Assembly: GCA_016868035.1 (NCBI GenBank)
Contig: VGID01000001.1
Coordinates: 198,509-262,508, forward strand
Source: Betaproteobacteria bacterium
GTDB taxonomy: Bacteria > Pseudomonadota > Gammaproteobacteria > Burkholderiales > SG8-41
Direction of reading: 5' to 3'
DNA length: 64,000 nt
Made by a program: the position numbers and the translations under genes
The notes under the pieces: model-generated
What the model was told of the DNA's origin: nothing
What the model saw: only the letters and a program-made list of their open reading frames with translations
The model's database searches: none
In this document: in pieces, positions 31,404 to 41,156 of the stretch
Layout of the letters: each line of letters starts with the position of its first letter
How positions within the stretch are numbered: position 1 is the first letter of the stretch

Positions 31404-32362
31404 AGCCCGTCGAAGTCGTCTTCGCCCCCGTCGACAACCAGCGGCTCGCCAGCCTGTGCGGCGTGCTGGACGAGAACCTGCGCCAGATCGAGACCGCGCT
31501 CGATGTCACCATCGCGCGCAGGGGCGAGCGCTTCGCGCTGACCGGGGGGCCCGAGCAGACCCGCGTCGCGGCCAAGGTGCTGCACATGTTCTACGATCGC
31601 GCGAAGGGCGGGCTCACGCTCGAGGACGTGCAGCTCGGCCTGATCGAGGCGACGGGCCCGCTACGGAGCGTCCCGGCGGACGCCGGGCCGACGCTGATCA
31701 CGCGCCGCCAGGACCTGCACGGGCGCACACCGCGCCAGGTGCAGTACCTGCAGGACATCCTCACCCACGATCTTACCTTCAGCATCGGCCCGGCCGGCAC
31801 CGGGAAAACGTATCTGGCGGTGGCGTGCGCCGTGGACGCGCTCGAGCGCGACGCCGTGAAACGGATCGTGCTGGTGCGCCCGGCGGTGGAGGCCGGCGAG
31901 CGCCTGGGGTTCCTGCCCGGCGACATGGCCGCGAAGGTGGACCCTTATCTGCGCCCGCTCTACGACGCGCTCTACGACCTGATGGGCTTCGACAAGGTGG
32001 CCAAGATGTTCGAGCGCGGCACGATCGAGATCGCGCCGCTTGCCTTCATGCGCGGGCGCACGCTCAACCACGCGTTCGTGATCCTGGACGAGGCGCAGAA
32101 CACCACGCCCGAGCAGATGAAGATGTTCCTCACCCGCATTGGCTTCGGCAGCAAGGCGGTGGTGACCGGCGACGTGACGCAGATCGACCTCGCGCGCGGC
32201 CAGAAGAGCGGGCTGATCGAGGCGCAGGTCGTGCTGCGCAAGGTGCGCGGCATCTCGTTCATCTACTTCAACGCCGAGGACGTGGTGCGCCATCCCCTGG
32301 TGCAGCGTATCGTCAATGCCTACGAGCAGCACACCCACAAGCAGAAGAGCAAGGAAGCCTAG
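31400..32362 (+). CDS. ybeZ: PhoH-family ATPase (YbeZ-like)
   Basis: C-terminal 320 aa of ORF 30218..32362. Walker [12 protein letters not shown] start overlaps the miaB stop (TTGA). Confidence 0.9.
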   Translation: MKPVEVVFAPVDNQRLASLCGVLDENLRQIETALDVTIARRGERFALTGGPEQTRVAAKVLHMFYDRAKGGLTLEDVQLGLIEATGPLRSVPADAGPTLITRRQDLHGRTPRQVQYLQDILTHDLTFSIGPAGTGKTYLAVACAVDALERDAVKRIVLVRPAVEAGERLGFLPGDMAAKVDPYLRPLYDALYDLMGFDKVAKMFERGTIEIAPLAFMRGRTLNHAFVILDEAQNTTPEQMKMFLTRIGFGSKAVVTGDVTQIDLARGQKSGLIEAQVVLRKVRGISFIYFNAEDVVRHPLVQRIVNAYEQHTHKQKSKEA

Positions 32363-32795
32363 GCTTGCGCTTGCGGTCCAGTACGCGGTCAAGGGCCGCC
32401 GCCTTCCTTCCCGCAGCGAGCTGCGCCGGTGGGCGCGCGCCGCGCTCGAGCACGACGCCCGCATCACGGTGCGCATCGTCGGCCGCGACGAAGCGCGCGC
32501 GCTCAACCGCGCGTTCCGCGGCCGCGACTACGCGACCAGCGTGTTGAGCTTCGTGATGCGCGCGGTACCGCCGCTGGAAGGGGACCTCGCATTGTGCGCG
32601 CCGGTCGTGGCGCACGAAGCGCGCGACCAGCGCAAGAGCGTGCGCGCACACTACGCGCACCTGGTAGTGCATGGAGTGCTGCACTTGCAGGGCTACGATC
32701 ACGGCCGGGCGCGCGAGGCGCGTATCATGGAGCGGCGGGAGACGGCCATCGTGACCGGCCTCGGCTATCCCGACCCCCACGAAAGGCAAGGATGA
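32316..32795 (+). CDS. ybeY: rRNA maturation endoribonuclease YbeY
   Basis: HGVLHLQGYDH zinc motif. The start is uncertain; ATG 32316 would overlap ybeZ by 47 nt. Confidence 0.88.
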   Translation: MPTSSTPTSRRARKPRLALAVQYAVKGRRLPSRSELRRWARAALEHDARITVRIVGRDEARALNRAFRGRDYATSVLSFVMRAVPPLEGDLALCAPVVAHEARDQRKSVRAHYAHLVVHGVLHLQGYDHGRAREARIMERRETAIVTGLGYPDPHERQG

Positions 32796-32883
32796 AGGCA
32801 GAAAGCGGAAGGCGGAGGGGAACTGCCCGTTCGGGGATCTGGTCTTTTCCTTCATCCTTCATCCTTCATCCTTCCGCCTTCTA
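32790..32883. repeat. heptad-periodic inverted-arm element I (GGATGAA/GGCGGAA arm, core, 5 x CCTTCAT arm)
   Basis: The first heptad contains the ybeY TGA. The right arm ends 6 nt before the corC ATG. Confidence 0.88.
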
Positions 32884-32888
32884 GGGCC

Positions 32889-33713
32889 ATGGACGACGAC
32901 CGACACCGGCCCACGCTGCTCGAGCGGCTCGGCGCGCTCATCATGCGCGAGCCCGAGGACCGCGAGCAGCTGGTCGAGCTGCTGCGCTCCGCGAACTCGC
33001 GCGGCCTGCTCGACGGCGAGGCGCTCGCGATGATCGAAGGGGTGCTGCAGGTCTCGGAGATGCAGGCGCGCGACATCATGATCCCGCGCGCGCAGATGGA
33101 CGTCATCGACATCAGCGATCCGCCGGACAGGTTCATCCCGCTCGTGATCCAGACCGGGCACTCGCGCTTTCCCGTGTTCGGGGAGAACAAGGACGACGTC
33201 ATCGGCATCCTGCTCGCGAAGGACCTGCTGCGCTATTACGCGGGCGAGGAGGAATTCGACGTGCGCGAGATGCTGCGGCCCGCGGTGTTCATACCCGAGG
33301 CGAAGCCGCTCAACGTGCTGCTCAGGGAGTTCCGCAAGAACCGCAACCACATGGCCATCGTGGTGGACGAGTACGGCGGGGTGGCGGGATTGGTCACGAT
33401 CGAGGACGTGATCGAGCAGATCGTCGGGGACATCGAGGACGAGTACGACTTCGAGGACGTCGAGGACAACATCGTCCCGGAAAAAGGCGGCCAGTACCGG
33501 GTGAAAGCGCTTGCCGAGATCGCGGACTTCAATGCCGCGTTCGGCACCGACTACAGCGACAAGGAATTCGACACCGTCGGCGGGCTCGTGATGTCGCGTT
33601 TCGGGCACGTGCCCAAGCGCGGCGAGCAGGTGAGCTTCGACAATCTCACGTTCAAGGTGCTGCGCGCAGACAGCCGGCGGCTGCACCTGCTGCAGGTCAC
33701 CAGGAAAAAGTAA
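32889..33713 (+). CDS. corC: CBS-pair plus CorC_HlyC domain protein (magnesium/cobalt efflux CorC)
   Basis: 274 aa with two CBS domains and a C-terminal transporter-associated domain. Conserved miaB-ybeZ-ybeY-corC-lnt order. Confidence 0.92.
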   Translation: MDDDRHRPTLLERLGALIMREPEDREQLVELLRSANSRGLLDGEALAMIEGVLQVSEMQARDIMIPRAQMDVIDISDPPDRFIPLVIQTGHSRFPVFGENKDDVIGILLAKDLLRYYAGEEEFDVREMLRPAVFIPEAKPLNVLLREFRKNRNHMAIVVDEYGGVAGLVTIEDVIEQIVGDIEDEYDFEDVEDNIVPEKGGQYRVKALAEIADFNAAFGTDYSDKEFDTVGGLVMSRFGHVPKRGEQVSFDNLTFKVLRADSRRLHLLQVTRKK

Positions 33714-33716
33714 GGG

Positions 33717-35294
33717 ATGATGGCGGAAGGCGGAAGGCGGAAGGATGCCGTCGCATCTGCTCTGCCCTTCCTCCTCGTTTTCGTCGTCGGCGCAGTGGCC
33801 GTGCTCGGCTTCGCGCCGTTCCGCCTGTTCCCGCTGCCCATCCTCACCGTCGCGCTGCTGCTCGCGTTATGGCTGCGCGCGGGCAGCCCGCGCGCGGCGG
33901 CCGCGCTTGGCTTCGCGTACGGGCTCGCATTCTTCCTCGCCGGCGCCTCGTGGGTGTACGTGAGCCTGCACGAGTTCGGCTCGATGCCGGCGCCGCTCGC
34001 CGCGCTCGCGACTTTCCTGTTCTGCGCCGTGCTGGCGCTGTTTCCCGCGCTTGCCGGCTATGCCTGCGCGAGGACCGCCCTGCCCCCGCCGTTCGCGCTC
34101 GGGCTGCTCGCGCCGGCGGCATGGACGCTGGCGGAATGGACGAGGGGATGGATCTTCACCGGCTTTCCGTGGCTCGCACTCGGTTACTCGCAGATCCCGG
34201 CGAGCCCGCTCGCGGGCTACGCGCCGCTGCTGGGCATCCACGGCGTCACGCTGGCCGGCGCATTGACGGCGGGCCTCCTCGTCGTGCTGTGGCAACGCGT
34301 TACAGCGAGGGATGAAGGACCGGGCGACCAGCGCAAACGGGGCCTGACCTTCCTCGTTCTGCCTTCTGCCTTCTGCCTTCTGGCGATCTGGCTCGGCGGG
34401 TGGGCGCTCCAGCAGGTCCGGTGGACCGAGCCGGAGGGCGACCCGGTCACCGTGAGCCTGCTCCAGGGCAACATCTCGCAGGAGCTCAAGTGGCGCGAGG
34501 ACCGCGTGCGCACCACGCTCGAGACCTACCGCACGCTCGCCGAGAACGCGCCGGGCCGGCTCATCGTAATGCCCGAGACCGCGCTGCCGCTGTTTCTGGA
34601 CCAGGTACCGCACGAGTACCTGTCATCGCTCGCGGAGCACGCGCGGAAGAACGGCGGCGACATCCTGATCGGGGTGCCGGAGCGCGTGCCCGGCGGCGCG
34701 TACTTCAACAGCGTGCTCTCGCTCGGCTCCGCGCCGGCCCAGGGCTACCGCAAATCGCACCTGGTACCGTTCGGGGAATTCATCCCGCTGCGCCCGGTGC
34801 TCGGATGGATCGTGGGCGTGCTCGCGATCCCGCTGCAGGATTTTTCCGCGGGTGAAGCAACGCAGCGCCCGCTCGCGGTGGCGGGACAGCGGGTAGCGGT
34901 CAACATCTGCTACGAGGACGCGTTCGGGGAGGAGATCATCCGCCAGCTGCCGGAGGCGAGCCTGCTCGTCAACGTGAGCAACGTCGCGTGGTTCGGGCGC
35001 TCGATCGCCCCGCAGCAGCACCTGCAGATCTCGCAGGCGCGCGCGCTGGAGACGGGGCGCTACATGCTGCGCTCGACCAACACCGGGGTCACGGCCACGA
35101 TCAATCCGAGGGGCGAAGTTGCGGCCATCGCACCGGAGTTCACCGCCGCGATCGTGACCGACACGGTGCAGGGTCACCGGGGGCTGACCCCCTACGCGCG
35201 CTGGGGGAATTACCCCGCGCTCGCGCTCTGTATCGCGCTCTGGGCGGGCGCCGTGGTGGCGGGAAGGCGCCGGCGCGACACCTCCCGCAACTGA
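33717..35294 (+). CDS. lnt: apolipoprotein N-acyltransferase
   Basis: 525 aa with multiple N-terminal TM helices and a C-terminal CN-hydrolase domain (NICYED). Confidence 0.93.
   Translation: MMAEGGRRKDAVASALPFLLVFVVGAVAVLGFAPFRLFPLPILTVALLLALWLRAGSPRAAAALGFAYGLAFFLAGASWVYVSLHEFGSMPAPLAALATFLFCAVLALFPALAGYACARTALPPPFALGLLAPAAWTLAEWTRGWIFTGFPWLALGYSQIPASPLAGYAPLLGIHGVTLAGALTAGLLVVLWQRVTARDEGPGDQRKRGLTFLVLPSAFCLLAIWLGGWALQQVRWTEPEGDPVTVSLLQGNISQELKWREDRVRTTLETYRTLAENAPGRLIVMPETALPLFLDQVPHEYLSSLAEHARKNGGDILIGVPERVPGGAYFNSVLSLGSAPAQGYRKSHLVPFGEFIPLRPVLGWIVGVLAIPLQDFSAGEATQRPLAVAGQRVAVNICYEDAFGEEIIRQLPEASLLVNVSNVAWFGRSIAPQQHLQISQARALETGRYMLRSTNTGVTATINPRGEVAAIAPEFTAAIVTDTVQGHRGLTPYARWGNYPALALCIALWAGAVVAGRRRRDTSRN
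33722..33749. repeat. heptad array J (3 x GGCGGAA + GGATGCC) inside the first codons of lnt
   Basis: Encodes residues AEGGRRKD of the predicted Lnt N-terminus. Same heptad flavour as element I, about 900 nt upstream. Confidence 0.75.
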
Positions 35295-35368
35295 ACGCGC
35301 GCGCGGCAATTCTGTCGTATGATCTGACCCCGGCGCCCCGGCCGGCGCCCTGCCTGGAGGACCCGCTG

Positions 35369-36361
35369 ATGAAGCGCCTGCTCACTGCACTGCTGCTTGC
35401 CCTTACCACGGCGAATGCCTGGGCCGCGGGGCTCATCGTGGATACCGCATTCGTGAGCGAGGCCGTCCAGCGCGGCGCCATCGTCTGGGACGTGCGGAGC
35501 GCGGACCAATACCGCATGGGCCACATCCCGGGGGCGGTGAACATCGGTCATGCCGGCGCCGTGCTGCGCAATCCCAACACCGAGGACTTCATCCCCGTAG
35601 CCCAGATCGAGCGCATCCTCGGCGCCGCCGGCATCGATCCCGCGAAGGAGATCGTGGTCTACGCGAGCCGCGGCGACCCGTTCGCCTATTTCGGGCTCTA
35701 CACCATCCAGTATTTCGGCGGCAAGCGCGTCCACGTCTACCACGACGGCATCGACGGCTGGCGCGAGGCCGGGCGCTCGGTCAGCTCCGCGGGATACCGG
35801 CGCGCCCCCGTATCGCTGAAGCTCGCGACGAATCCCGCCGTGGCTGCGATGACCAGCGAAGTCATCGCCGCGCTCAAGCGGCGCGACGTGCAACTGCTCG
35901 ACGTGCGCACCGTGGGTGAGTTCACGGGCGACGACATCCGCGCCATACGGGGCGGCCACATCCCCGGCGCGGTAAACATCCCGTACGAGCAGAACTGGAT
36001 GGACCCCGACACCCCGCTCAAGGTCGCGCGCAGGCAGGCGAAGGACAACGCGGGCATGACGCTCAAGCCCGTGAACGAGCTCAAGCGCCTGTACTCAGGC
36101 CTCGACCCGGGCAAGGAGACGATCGTCTACTGCCAGAGCGGCGTGCGCGCGGCGCAAACCGCGACGGTGCTCTCGCAACTCGGCTTCAGGAACGTGAAGG
36201 TCTACGACGCGTCGTGGCTCGGCTACGCCGGGGTGCTCTCCGCTCCCGCTAACAACGAGGTGTTCTTCAACGTGGGCGCGCTCCAGGGCCGGCTCTCGGC
36301 GCTGCAGTCTCGCATCGATCAGCTCGAGCGCGAGCTCGGCGAAGCGCGGGCCAGGAAATAG
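35369..36361 (+). CDS. periplasmic tandem-rhodanese sulfurtransferase with C-terminal coiled coil
   Basis: 330 aa starting MKRLLTALLLALTTANAWA, after a GGAGG SD. Two rhodanese domains; the active-site CQSGVR loop is in the second. Confidence 0.85.
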   Translation: MKRLLTALLLALTTANAWAAGLIVDTAFVSEAVQRGAIVWDVRSADQYRMGHIPGAVNIGHAGAVLRNPNTEDFIPVAQIERILGAAGIDPAKEIVVYASRGDPFAYFGLYTIQYFGGKRVHVYHDGIDGWREAGRSVSSAGYRRAPVSLKLATNPAVAAMTSEVIAALKRRDVQLLDVRTVGEFTGDDIRAIRGGHIPGAVNIPYEQNWMDPDTPLKVARRQAKDNAGMTLKPVNELKRLYSGLDPGKETIVYCQSGVRAAQTATVLSQLGFRNVKVYDASWLGYAGVLSAPANNEVFFNVGALQGRLSALQSRIDQLERELGEARARK

Positions 36362-36391
36362 CAGCCGGCCGCCGCCGGCGCGGCGCGCGAC

Positions 36392-36422
36392 GGGAGCGAC
36401 GCGCTCGCTCCCGTTTTCGTTT
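36392..36422 (+). terminator. rho-independent terminator after the rhodanese gene
   Basis: GGGAGCGA...TCGCTCCC stem followed by GTTTTCGTTT. Confidence 0.65.
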
Positions 36423-36473
36423 CCACGGACGGCAGGCACCATTCCCGCCGGCTCCCGGTAGCCTGTAGAATTC

Positions 36474-39400
36474 GTGGCGTACGAGCGGCCGGCGCGCATG
36501 CATACCTTCCAACAGGTCATACTGAAGCTCAACGAGTACTGGGACCGGCGGGGCTGCGCGCTGCTCCAGCCCTACGACATGGAAGTGGGCGCGGGCACCT
36601 TTCACACGGCGACCTTTCTGCGCGCGATCGGCCCCGAGCCCTGGAATGCGGCCTACGTCCAGCCTTCGCGCCGGCCCAAGGACGGGCGCTATGGCGAGAA
36701 CCCCAACCGCCTGCAGCACTACTACCAGTACCAGGTGGTGATGAAGCCCTCGCCCGACGCGTTCCAGGAGCTCTATCTCGGATCGCTCGAAGCGCTGGGC
36801 GTGGACCCGCGCAAGAACGACATCCGCTTCGTCGAGGACGACTGGGAATCGCCCACGCTCGGCGCGTGGGGGCTGGGCTGGGAAGTGTGGCTGAACGGCA
36901 TGGAGATCACGCAGTTCACCTATTTCCAGCAGGTCGGCGGGCTCGACTGCAAGCCGGTGCTGGGGGAGCTCACCTACGGGCTCGAGCGGCTCGCGATGTA
37001 CCTTCAGGGCAAGGAGAGCGTGTTCGACCTCGTGTGGGTGGACGGCGTCAGCTACCGCGACGTGTACCACCAGAACGAGGTCGAGCAGTCGCGCTACAAC
37101 TTCGAGCTCGCCAACACCGGGATGCTGCTCCAGCACTTCGGACAGTTCGAGGCCGAGGCGAAGCGGCTGATCGAGGCGCAATGCGTGCTGCCGGCCTACG
37201 AGATGGTCATGAAGTGCTCGCACAGCTTCAACCTGCTCGATGCGCGCGGCGCGATTTCGGTGACCGAGCGCGCCGCCTACATCGGACGCGTGCGCGCGCT
37301 CGCGCGGCTGGTGGCGCAAGCCTACTACGAAGCGCGCGAGCGGCTCGGCTTCCCGATGCTGGAGCAACCGCATCCGGCAAAGAACAAGGCAGGCGCCTCA
37401 CCAATGCCAAGCCGCAAGACCGCCATGGCTTCCGCGCCCGCGAGTTTGCTCGTCGAGATGCTGACCGAGGAGCTGCCCCCGGGGGCGTTGCAACGGATCG
37501 CGGAGGCCTTTCGTGACGCGTTGCTGGAAGACCTGAAAGAAGACGGGTTTCTCATGCCCGGCAGCGCCGCGCAAGTTTTCGCGACGCCGCGGCGTCTTGC
37601 CGTCTTGATCTCGGAGGTGCGACGCGTTGCGCCGGATAGCGAAGTGCTGGTGAAAGGCCCCTCGGTCAGGGCCGGCCTGGATGCTGGCGGCCAACCGACG
37701 CAAGCCTTGCTCAAGTTCGCCGAGAAGCGCGGTGTTGCGGTCGAGGCCCTTGTTCGCATCAACGACGGCAAGCAAGAGGTCTTCGCACACCGTGATCTTG
37801 CGAAGGGAGGGCGCCTCGACACCAACCTGGAGCTAAAGATTGAAGAAGCGCTCAAACGCCTGCCGATCCCGAAGATGATGCGCTGGGGCGGCGGCGACGA
37901 ACAGTTCGTGCGTCCAGTGCACGGGCTGGTGATGTTGCACGGGATGAACGTTGTGCCAGGAAAGGTGTTGGGGGCAAGCAGCTCCAACAAGACCTCCGGG
38001 CACCGTTTTCTTTCTCCGGGAAGAATCGCGCTCGAGCGCGCGGACGATTATGAGCCAGCGCTGCGCGGCAAGGGCAAGGTGATCGCTGAGTTTGCCGGGC
38101 GCCGGTCCGAAATCGCGAACCGACTCGAGAGGGCTGCCGGCCGCGAAGCGATTATCGTCGCGGACGATGCGCTGCTTGACGAGATTTCCGCTCTGGTGGA
38201 ATCACCGGCGGTCTACGCCGGAAATTTCAGCGCGGAGTTTCTCACCGTGCCGCACGAGTGCCTGGTGCTGGCGATGCAGCAACATCAGCGATACGTCCCG
38301 CTGCGCGACAAGGCGAGCAGAAAGCTGCTGCCGCGCTTCCTGTTCGTATCCAACATCGAGGCGAAGGATCCGCGCGAGATCATCCACGGCAACGAGCGCG
38401 TGCTGCGCGCGCGCCTCGCGGACGCGAAGTTCTTCTTCGACCAGGACCGGAAGACGCGACTCGAGGCGCGCGTGCCCCGGCTCGCGGGCGTCATCTACCA
38501 CAACCGGCTCGGCAGCCAGCTCGAGCGCGTCGAGCGCGTGCAGCTGCTCGCGGGCAAAATCGCGCGGGCAATCGGCGCGGATCCGCTGCTCGCTGAGCGC
38601 GCGGCCTGGCTGTCCAAGGCGGACCTGCTGACCGACATGGTGGGGGAATTCCCCGAGCTGCAGGGAACCATGGGGCGCTACTACGCGCTGCACGACGGCG
38701 AGCCGCAGGCCGTCGCCGACGCGATCGAGGCCCACTACCGTCCCCGGTTCGCCGGCGACGACACGCCGAAGGACCCGATCGCCGCCGCCGTGGCGCTCGC
38801 CGACAAGCTCGACACGCTGGCGGGCATCTTCGGGATCAATCTCGTTCCCACCGGAGACAGGGATCCGTACGCGTTGCGGCGCGCGGCGCTCGGCGCCGTG
38901 CGCATCCTCGCCGAGAACAAGCTGCCGCTGGAGCTCGACGCACTGATCGCGGATGCCGCCTCCCATTACACCGCGGTGAAGCTCGACCCCGAAGGCGTGG
39001 GAAAGGTCTACGGGTTCGCGCTCGACCGCATGCGCTCCTACCTGCGCGAGTCCGCCTTCACCGCAGACGAGATCGAGGCGGTCGTCGCACAGAATCCCGC
39101 CCGCGTGGACCTCGTTCTGCCGCGCGCGAAGGCGGTGCGCGCGTTCCGGTCGCTGCCGGAGGCCGAGAGCCTCGCGGCGGCCAACAAGCGCATACGCAAC
39201 ATCCTGCGCCAGAGCGCGCAGGGCGGCGCAAGCCTCACCGAGTCGCTCTTCCGCGAGCCCGCGGAGCGCGAGCTGCACGACGCCGTGCGCCGCCTCACGC
39301 CCCGGATCGACGCGAGCATCCGCCGCCAGGACTACACCGATGCGCTGTGCGCGCTGGCGAGCCTGAAGGGCAACGTGGACACCTTCTTCGACAAGGTGCT

Positions 39401-39506
39401 GGTCAACGCGGAAGACCGGAGCCTCCGCGAGAATCGCCTCGCGCTGCTTACGCAGCTCTCGACGCTCATGAACGAGGTCGCGGATATCTCCAAGCTTGCC
39501 GCCTGA
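36474..39506 (+). CDS. glyQS: glycine--tRNA ligase, alpha (GlyQ) and beta (GlyS) moieties in one uninterrupted 1010-codon frame
   Basis: Residues 1-295 are GlyQ-like (ends ERLGFPM). A linker of about 25 aa contains no stop. From [12 protein letters not shown] onward the sequence is GlyS-like. An internal ATG at 37425 could also start a separate beta chain. Alternative glyQ start ATG 36498. Confidence 0.88.
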   Translation: MAYERPARMHTFQQVILKLNEYWDRRGCALLQPYDMEVGAGTFHTATFLRAIGPEPWNAAYVQPSRRPKDGRYGENPNRLQHYYQYQVVMKPSPDAFQELYLGSLEALGVDPRKNDIRFVEDDWESPTLGAWGLGWEVWLNGMEITQFTYFQQVGGLDCKPVLGELTYGLERLAMYLQGKESVFDLVWVDGVSYRDVYHQNEVEQSRYNFELANTGMLLQHFGQFEAEAKRLIEAQCVLPAYEMVMKCSHSFNLLDARGAISVTERAAYIGRVRALARLVAQAYYEARERLGFPMLEQPHPAKNKAGASPMPSRKTAMASAPASLLVEMLTEELPPGALQRIAEAFRDALLEDLKEDGFLMPGSAAQVFATPRRLAVLISEVRRVAPDSEVLVKGPSVRAGLDAGGQPTQALLKFAEKRGVAVEALVRINDGKQEVFAHRDLAKGGRLDTNLELKIEEALKRLPIPKMMRWGGGDEQFVRPVHGLVMLHGMNVVPGKVLGASSSNKTSGHRFLSPGRIALERADDYEPALRGKGKVIAEFAGRRSEIANRLERAAGREAIIVADDALLDEISALVESPAVYAGNFSAEFLTVPHECLVLAMQQHQRYVPLRDKASRKLLPRFLFVSNIEAKDPREIIHGNERVLRARLADAKFFFDQDRKTRLEARVPRLAGVIYHNRLGSQLERVERVQLLAGKIARAIGADPLLAERAAWLSKADLLTDMVGEFPELQGTMGRYYALHDGEPQAVADAIEAHYRPRFAGDDTPKDPIAAAVALADKLDTLAGIFGINLVPTGDRDPYALRRAALGAVRILAENKLPLELDALIADAASHYTAVKLDPEGVGKVYGFALDRMRSYLRESAFTADEIEAVVAQNPARVDLVLPRAKAVRAFRSLPEAESLAAANKRIRNILRQSAQGGASLTESLFREPAERELHDAVRRLTPRIDASIRRQDYTDALCALASLKGNVDTFFDKVLVNAEDRSLRENRLALLTQLSTLMNEVADISKLAA

Positions 39507-39509
39507 ACG

Positions 39510-39601
39510 CAGTGAACAGTACACGGTGAGCGGTAAACGGTAACTACATTTATGCACCCTTTTTCTTCTGCCCACCGCTCACTGCTGACCGTTCACCGTT
39601 C
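39510..39601. repeat. heptad-periodic inverted-arm element K (CAGTGAA/CGGTGAG/CGGTAAA arm, core, ACCGCTC/ACCGTTC arm)
   Basis: Starts 4 nt after the glyS stop and ends 4 nt before the gmhB ATG. Confidence 0.88.
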
Positions 39602-39604
39602 GCC

Positions 39605-40138
39605 ATGAAACTAGTCATCCTCGACCGCGACGGCGTCATCAACTACGACAGCGCCGCCTACATCAAGAGCCCCGAGGAATGGAAAGCGATTCCGGGCAGC
39701 GTCGAGGCGATCGCGCGCCTGACGCAGGCGGGCTTTCACATCGTCGTGGCGACCAACCAGTCGGGGATCGGGCGCGGCCTGTTCGGGATGGCCACGCTCA
39801 ACGCGATCCACGAGAAAATGCATCGCGCCGTCGGCCACGCAGGCGGCCGCATCGACGCGGTGTTCTACTGCCCGCACGCGGCGGAAGCCGGGTGCGGCTG
39901 CCGCAAGCCCAAGCCCGGATTGCTCGAGGAGATCGCGCGCCGGTTCAGCGCGAACCTGCGCGACGTGCCCTGCATCGGGGATGCGGCGCGCGACCTGGAG
40001 GCGGCGAGCGCCGTCGGCGCGCAGCCGATCCTGGTGCTCACCGGAAAAGGGAAGAAGACGCGCGCCGCGGGGGACCTGCCGCCAGGAACCCGCGTCTTCG
40101 CCGACCTCTCCGAGGCCGCGAAAGACATCGCAGGATGA
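39605..40138 (+). CDS. gmhB: D-glycero-beta-D-manno-heptose 1,7-bisphosphate 7-phosphatase
   Basis: 177 aa. Has the HAD motif DRDGVIN and the zinc-binding CxH...CxC (CPHAAEAGCGCRKP). Confidence 0.9.
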   Translation: MKLVILDRDGVINYDSAAYIKSPEEWKAIPGSVEAIARLTQAGFHIVVATNQSGIGRGLFGMATLNAIHEKMHRAVGHAGGRIDAVFYCPHAAEAGCGCRKPKPGLLEEIARRFSANLRDVPCIGDAARDLEAASAVGAQPILVLTGKGKKTRAAGDLPPGTRVFADLSEAAKDIAG

Positions 40139-40863
40139 CGCCGGGGATCATCACGCGATCGCTACTCTTCGCGCTGATCCAGGTCGTCGCAACACCCCTG
40201 TTCGCGCTCGCTGCGCTCGCGACGTTTCCCTTCAAGCCGCTCGCCCGCTACCGCGTCGTCACTGCATGGTCACGACTGATGGTCGCATCCGCCACGCGGC
40301 TCTGCGGGATACGTTACCGCGTGCTCGGCGCCGAGCGCCTGCCGCGCCCGCCATTCATCGTGCTCGCGAAGCACCAGTCCGCGTGGGAGACGCTCGTGTT
40401 CCAGGTGATTCTTCCCCCGCAGGTATGGGTGATCAAGCGCGGCCTGCTGTGGATCCCCTTCTTCGGCTGGGGTCTGGCAATGCTCTCCCCGATCGCGATC
40501 GACCGCGGCGCCGGGCGCCGGGCGCTGCGCCAGATGCTCGAGCAGGGACGCGAGCGGCTGGCGCAGGGCTTCTGCATCGTCATCTTCCCGGAGGGCACGC
40601 GCGTTCCCCCGGGCGCGCGCGGTCAGTATCAACCCGGCGGCGCGTGGCTCGCGGTGAAGACCGCGACGACGGTGGTGCCGGTCGCGCACAACGCGGGCGA
40701 AGTATGGCAGCGCCGGGCTTTGTTCAGGCGCCCCGGGTTGGTTACCGTGAGCATCGGCCCGCCGATCGAGCCCGCCGGCCTCGAGCCCGAGGAGCTCAAC
40801 CGCAAGGTGGAGGACTGGATCGAAGGGGAGATGCAGCGCATCGGCAACGACCCTAGGCGGTGA
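40135..40863 (+). CDS. plsC: 1-acyl-sn-glycerol-3-phosphate acyltransferase
   Basis: 242 aa within ORF 39679..40863. Motifs AKHQSAWE (HX4D variant) and FPEGTR. ATGA overlap with the gmhB stop. Confidence 0.86.
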   Translation: MTPGIITRSLLFALIQVVATPLFALAALATFPFKPLARYRVVTAWSRLMVASATRLCGIRYRVLGAERLPRPPFIVLAKHQSAWETLVFQVILPPQVWVIKRGLLWIPFFGWGLAMLSPIAIDRGAGRRALRQMLEQGRERLAQGFCIVIFPEGTRVPPGARGQYQPGGAWLAVKTATTVVPVAHNAGEVWQRRALFRRPGLVTVSIGPPIEPAGLEPEELNRKVEDWIEGEMQRIGNDPRR

Positions 40864-40990
40864 ACGGTGAACGGTGAACGGTGAACGGTGAACGGTGAAC
40901 GGTGAACGGTGAACGGCAGAAACGGACCCGCGTTTTCGTGGAAGTTCTCCGCTTACGGTTTCTTGCACTGCTCGCCGCCGACCGCTTACC
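40859..40990. repeat. heptad-periodic inverted-arm element L (8 x GGTGAAC, conserved core, degenerate GCTTACC-type arm)
   Basis: The first heptad contains the plsC TGA. Core AGAAACGGACCCGCGTTTTCGTGGAAGTTCTCCGC is shared with elements P, Q and C. Confidence 0.9.
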
Positions 40991-41000
40991 ATACCTGCCC

Positions 41001-41156
41001 ATGCGCGCCTTGCTTCCGATGATCGTCCTCACCGCGCTCGTGGCCGGGTGCGGCTACAAGACGCCCCTCACCCTGCCCAAGCCCAAGCCCGAGGCGCAAA
41101 AGCCCGAAACGCCCGCGCCGATAAAGCCGGACGAAAAGAAGCCCCCGGCTTCGTGA
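41001..41156 (+). CDS. lptM: small lipoprotein LptM/YifL-like (51 aa)
   Basis: Lipobox LVAGC followed by a Pro/Lys-rich tail. The position immediately upstream of lysA is typical. Confidence 0.7.
   Translation: MRALLPMIVLTALVAGCGYKTPLTLPKPKPEAQKPETPAPIKPDEKKPPAS

Noticed and set aside
32316-32362. A 47-nt overlap between ybeZ and ybeY as a possible programmed feature.
   Set aside because: It is most likely just an uncertain ybeY start codon. The overlap depends on choosing ATG 32316, and no slippery sequence or other signal is visible.
37500-38040. An apparent low-GC, TTG/CTT-rich mosaic segment in the N-terminal third of the GlyS moiety, suggesting recombination at the fusion junction.
   Set aside because: Hand counts of individual 60-nt lines in this stretch range from 57% to 70% G+C, against about 68% in flanking lines. 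The dip is patchy and I cannot show it is significant without a proper sliding-window or codon-usage test.
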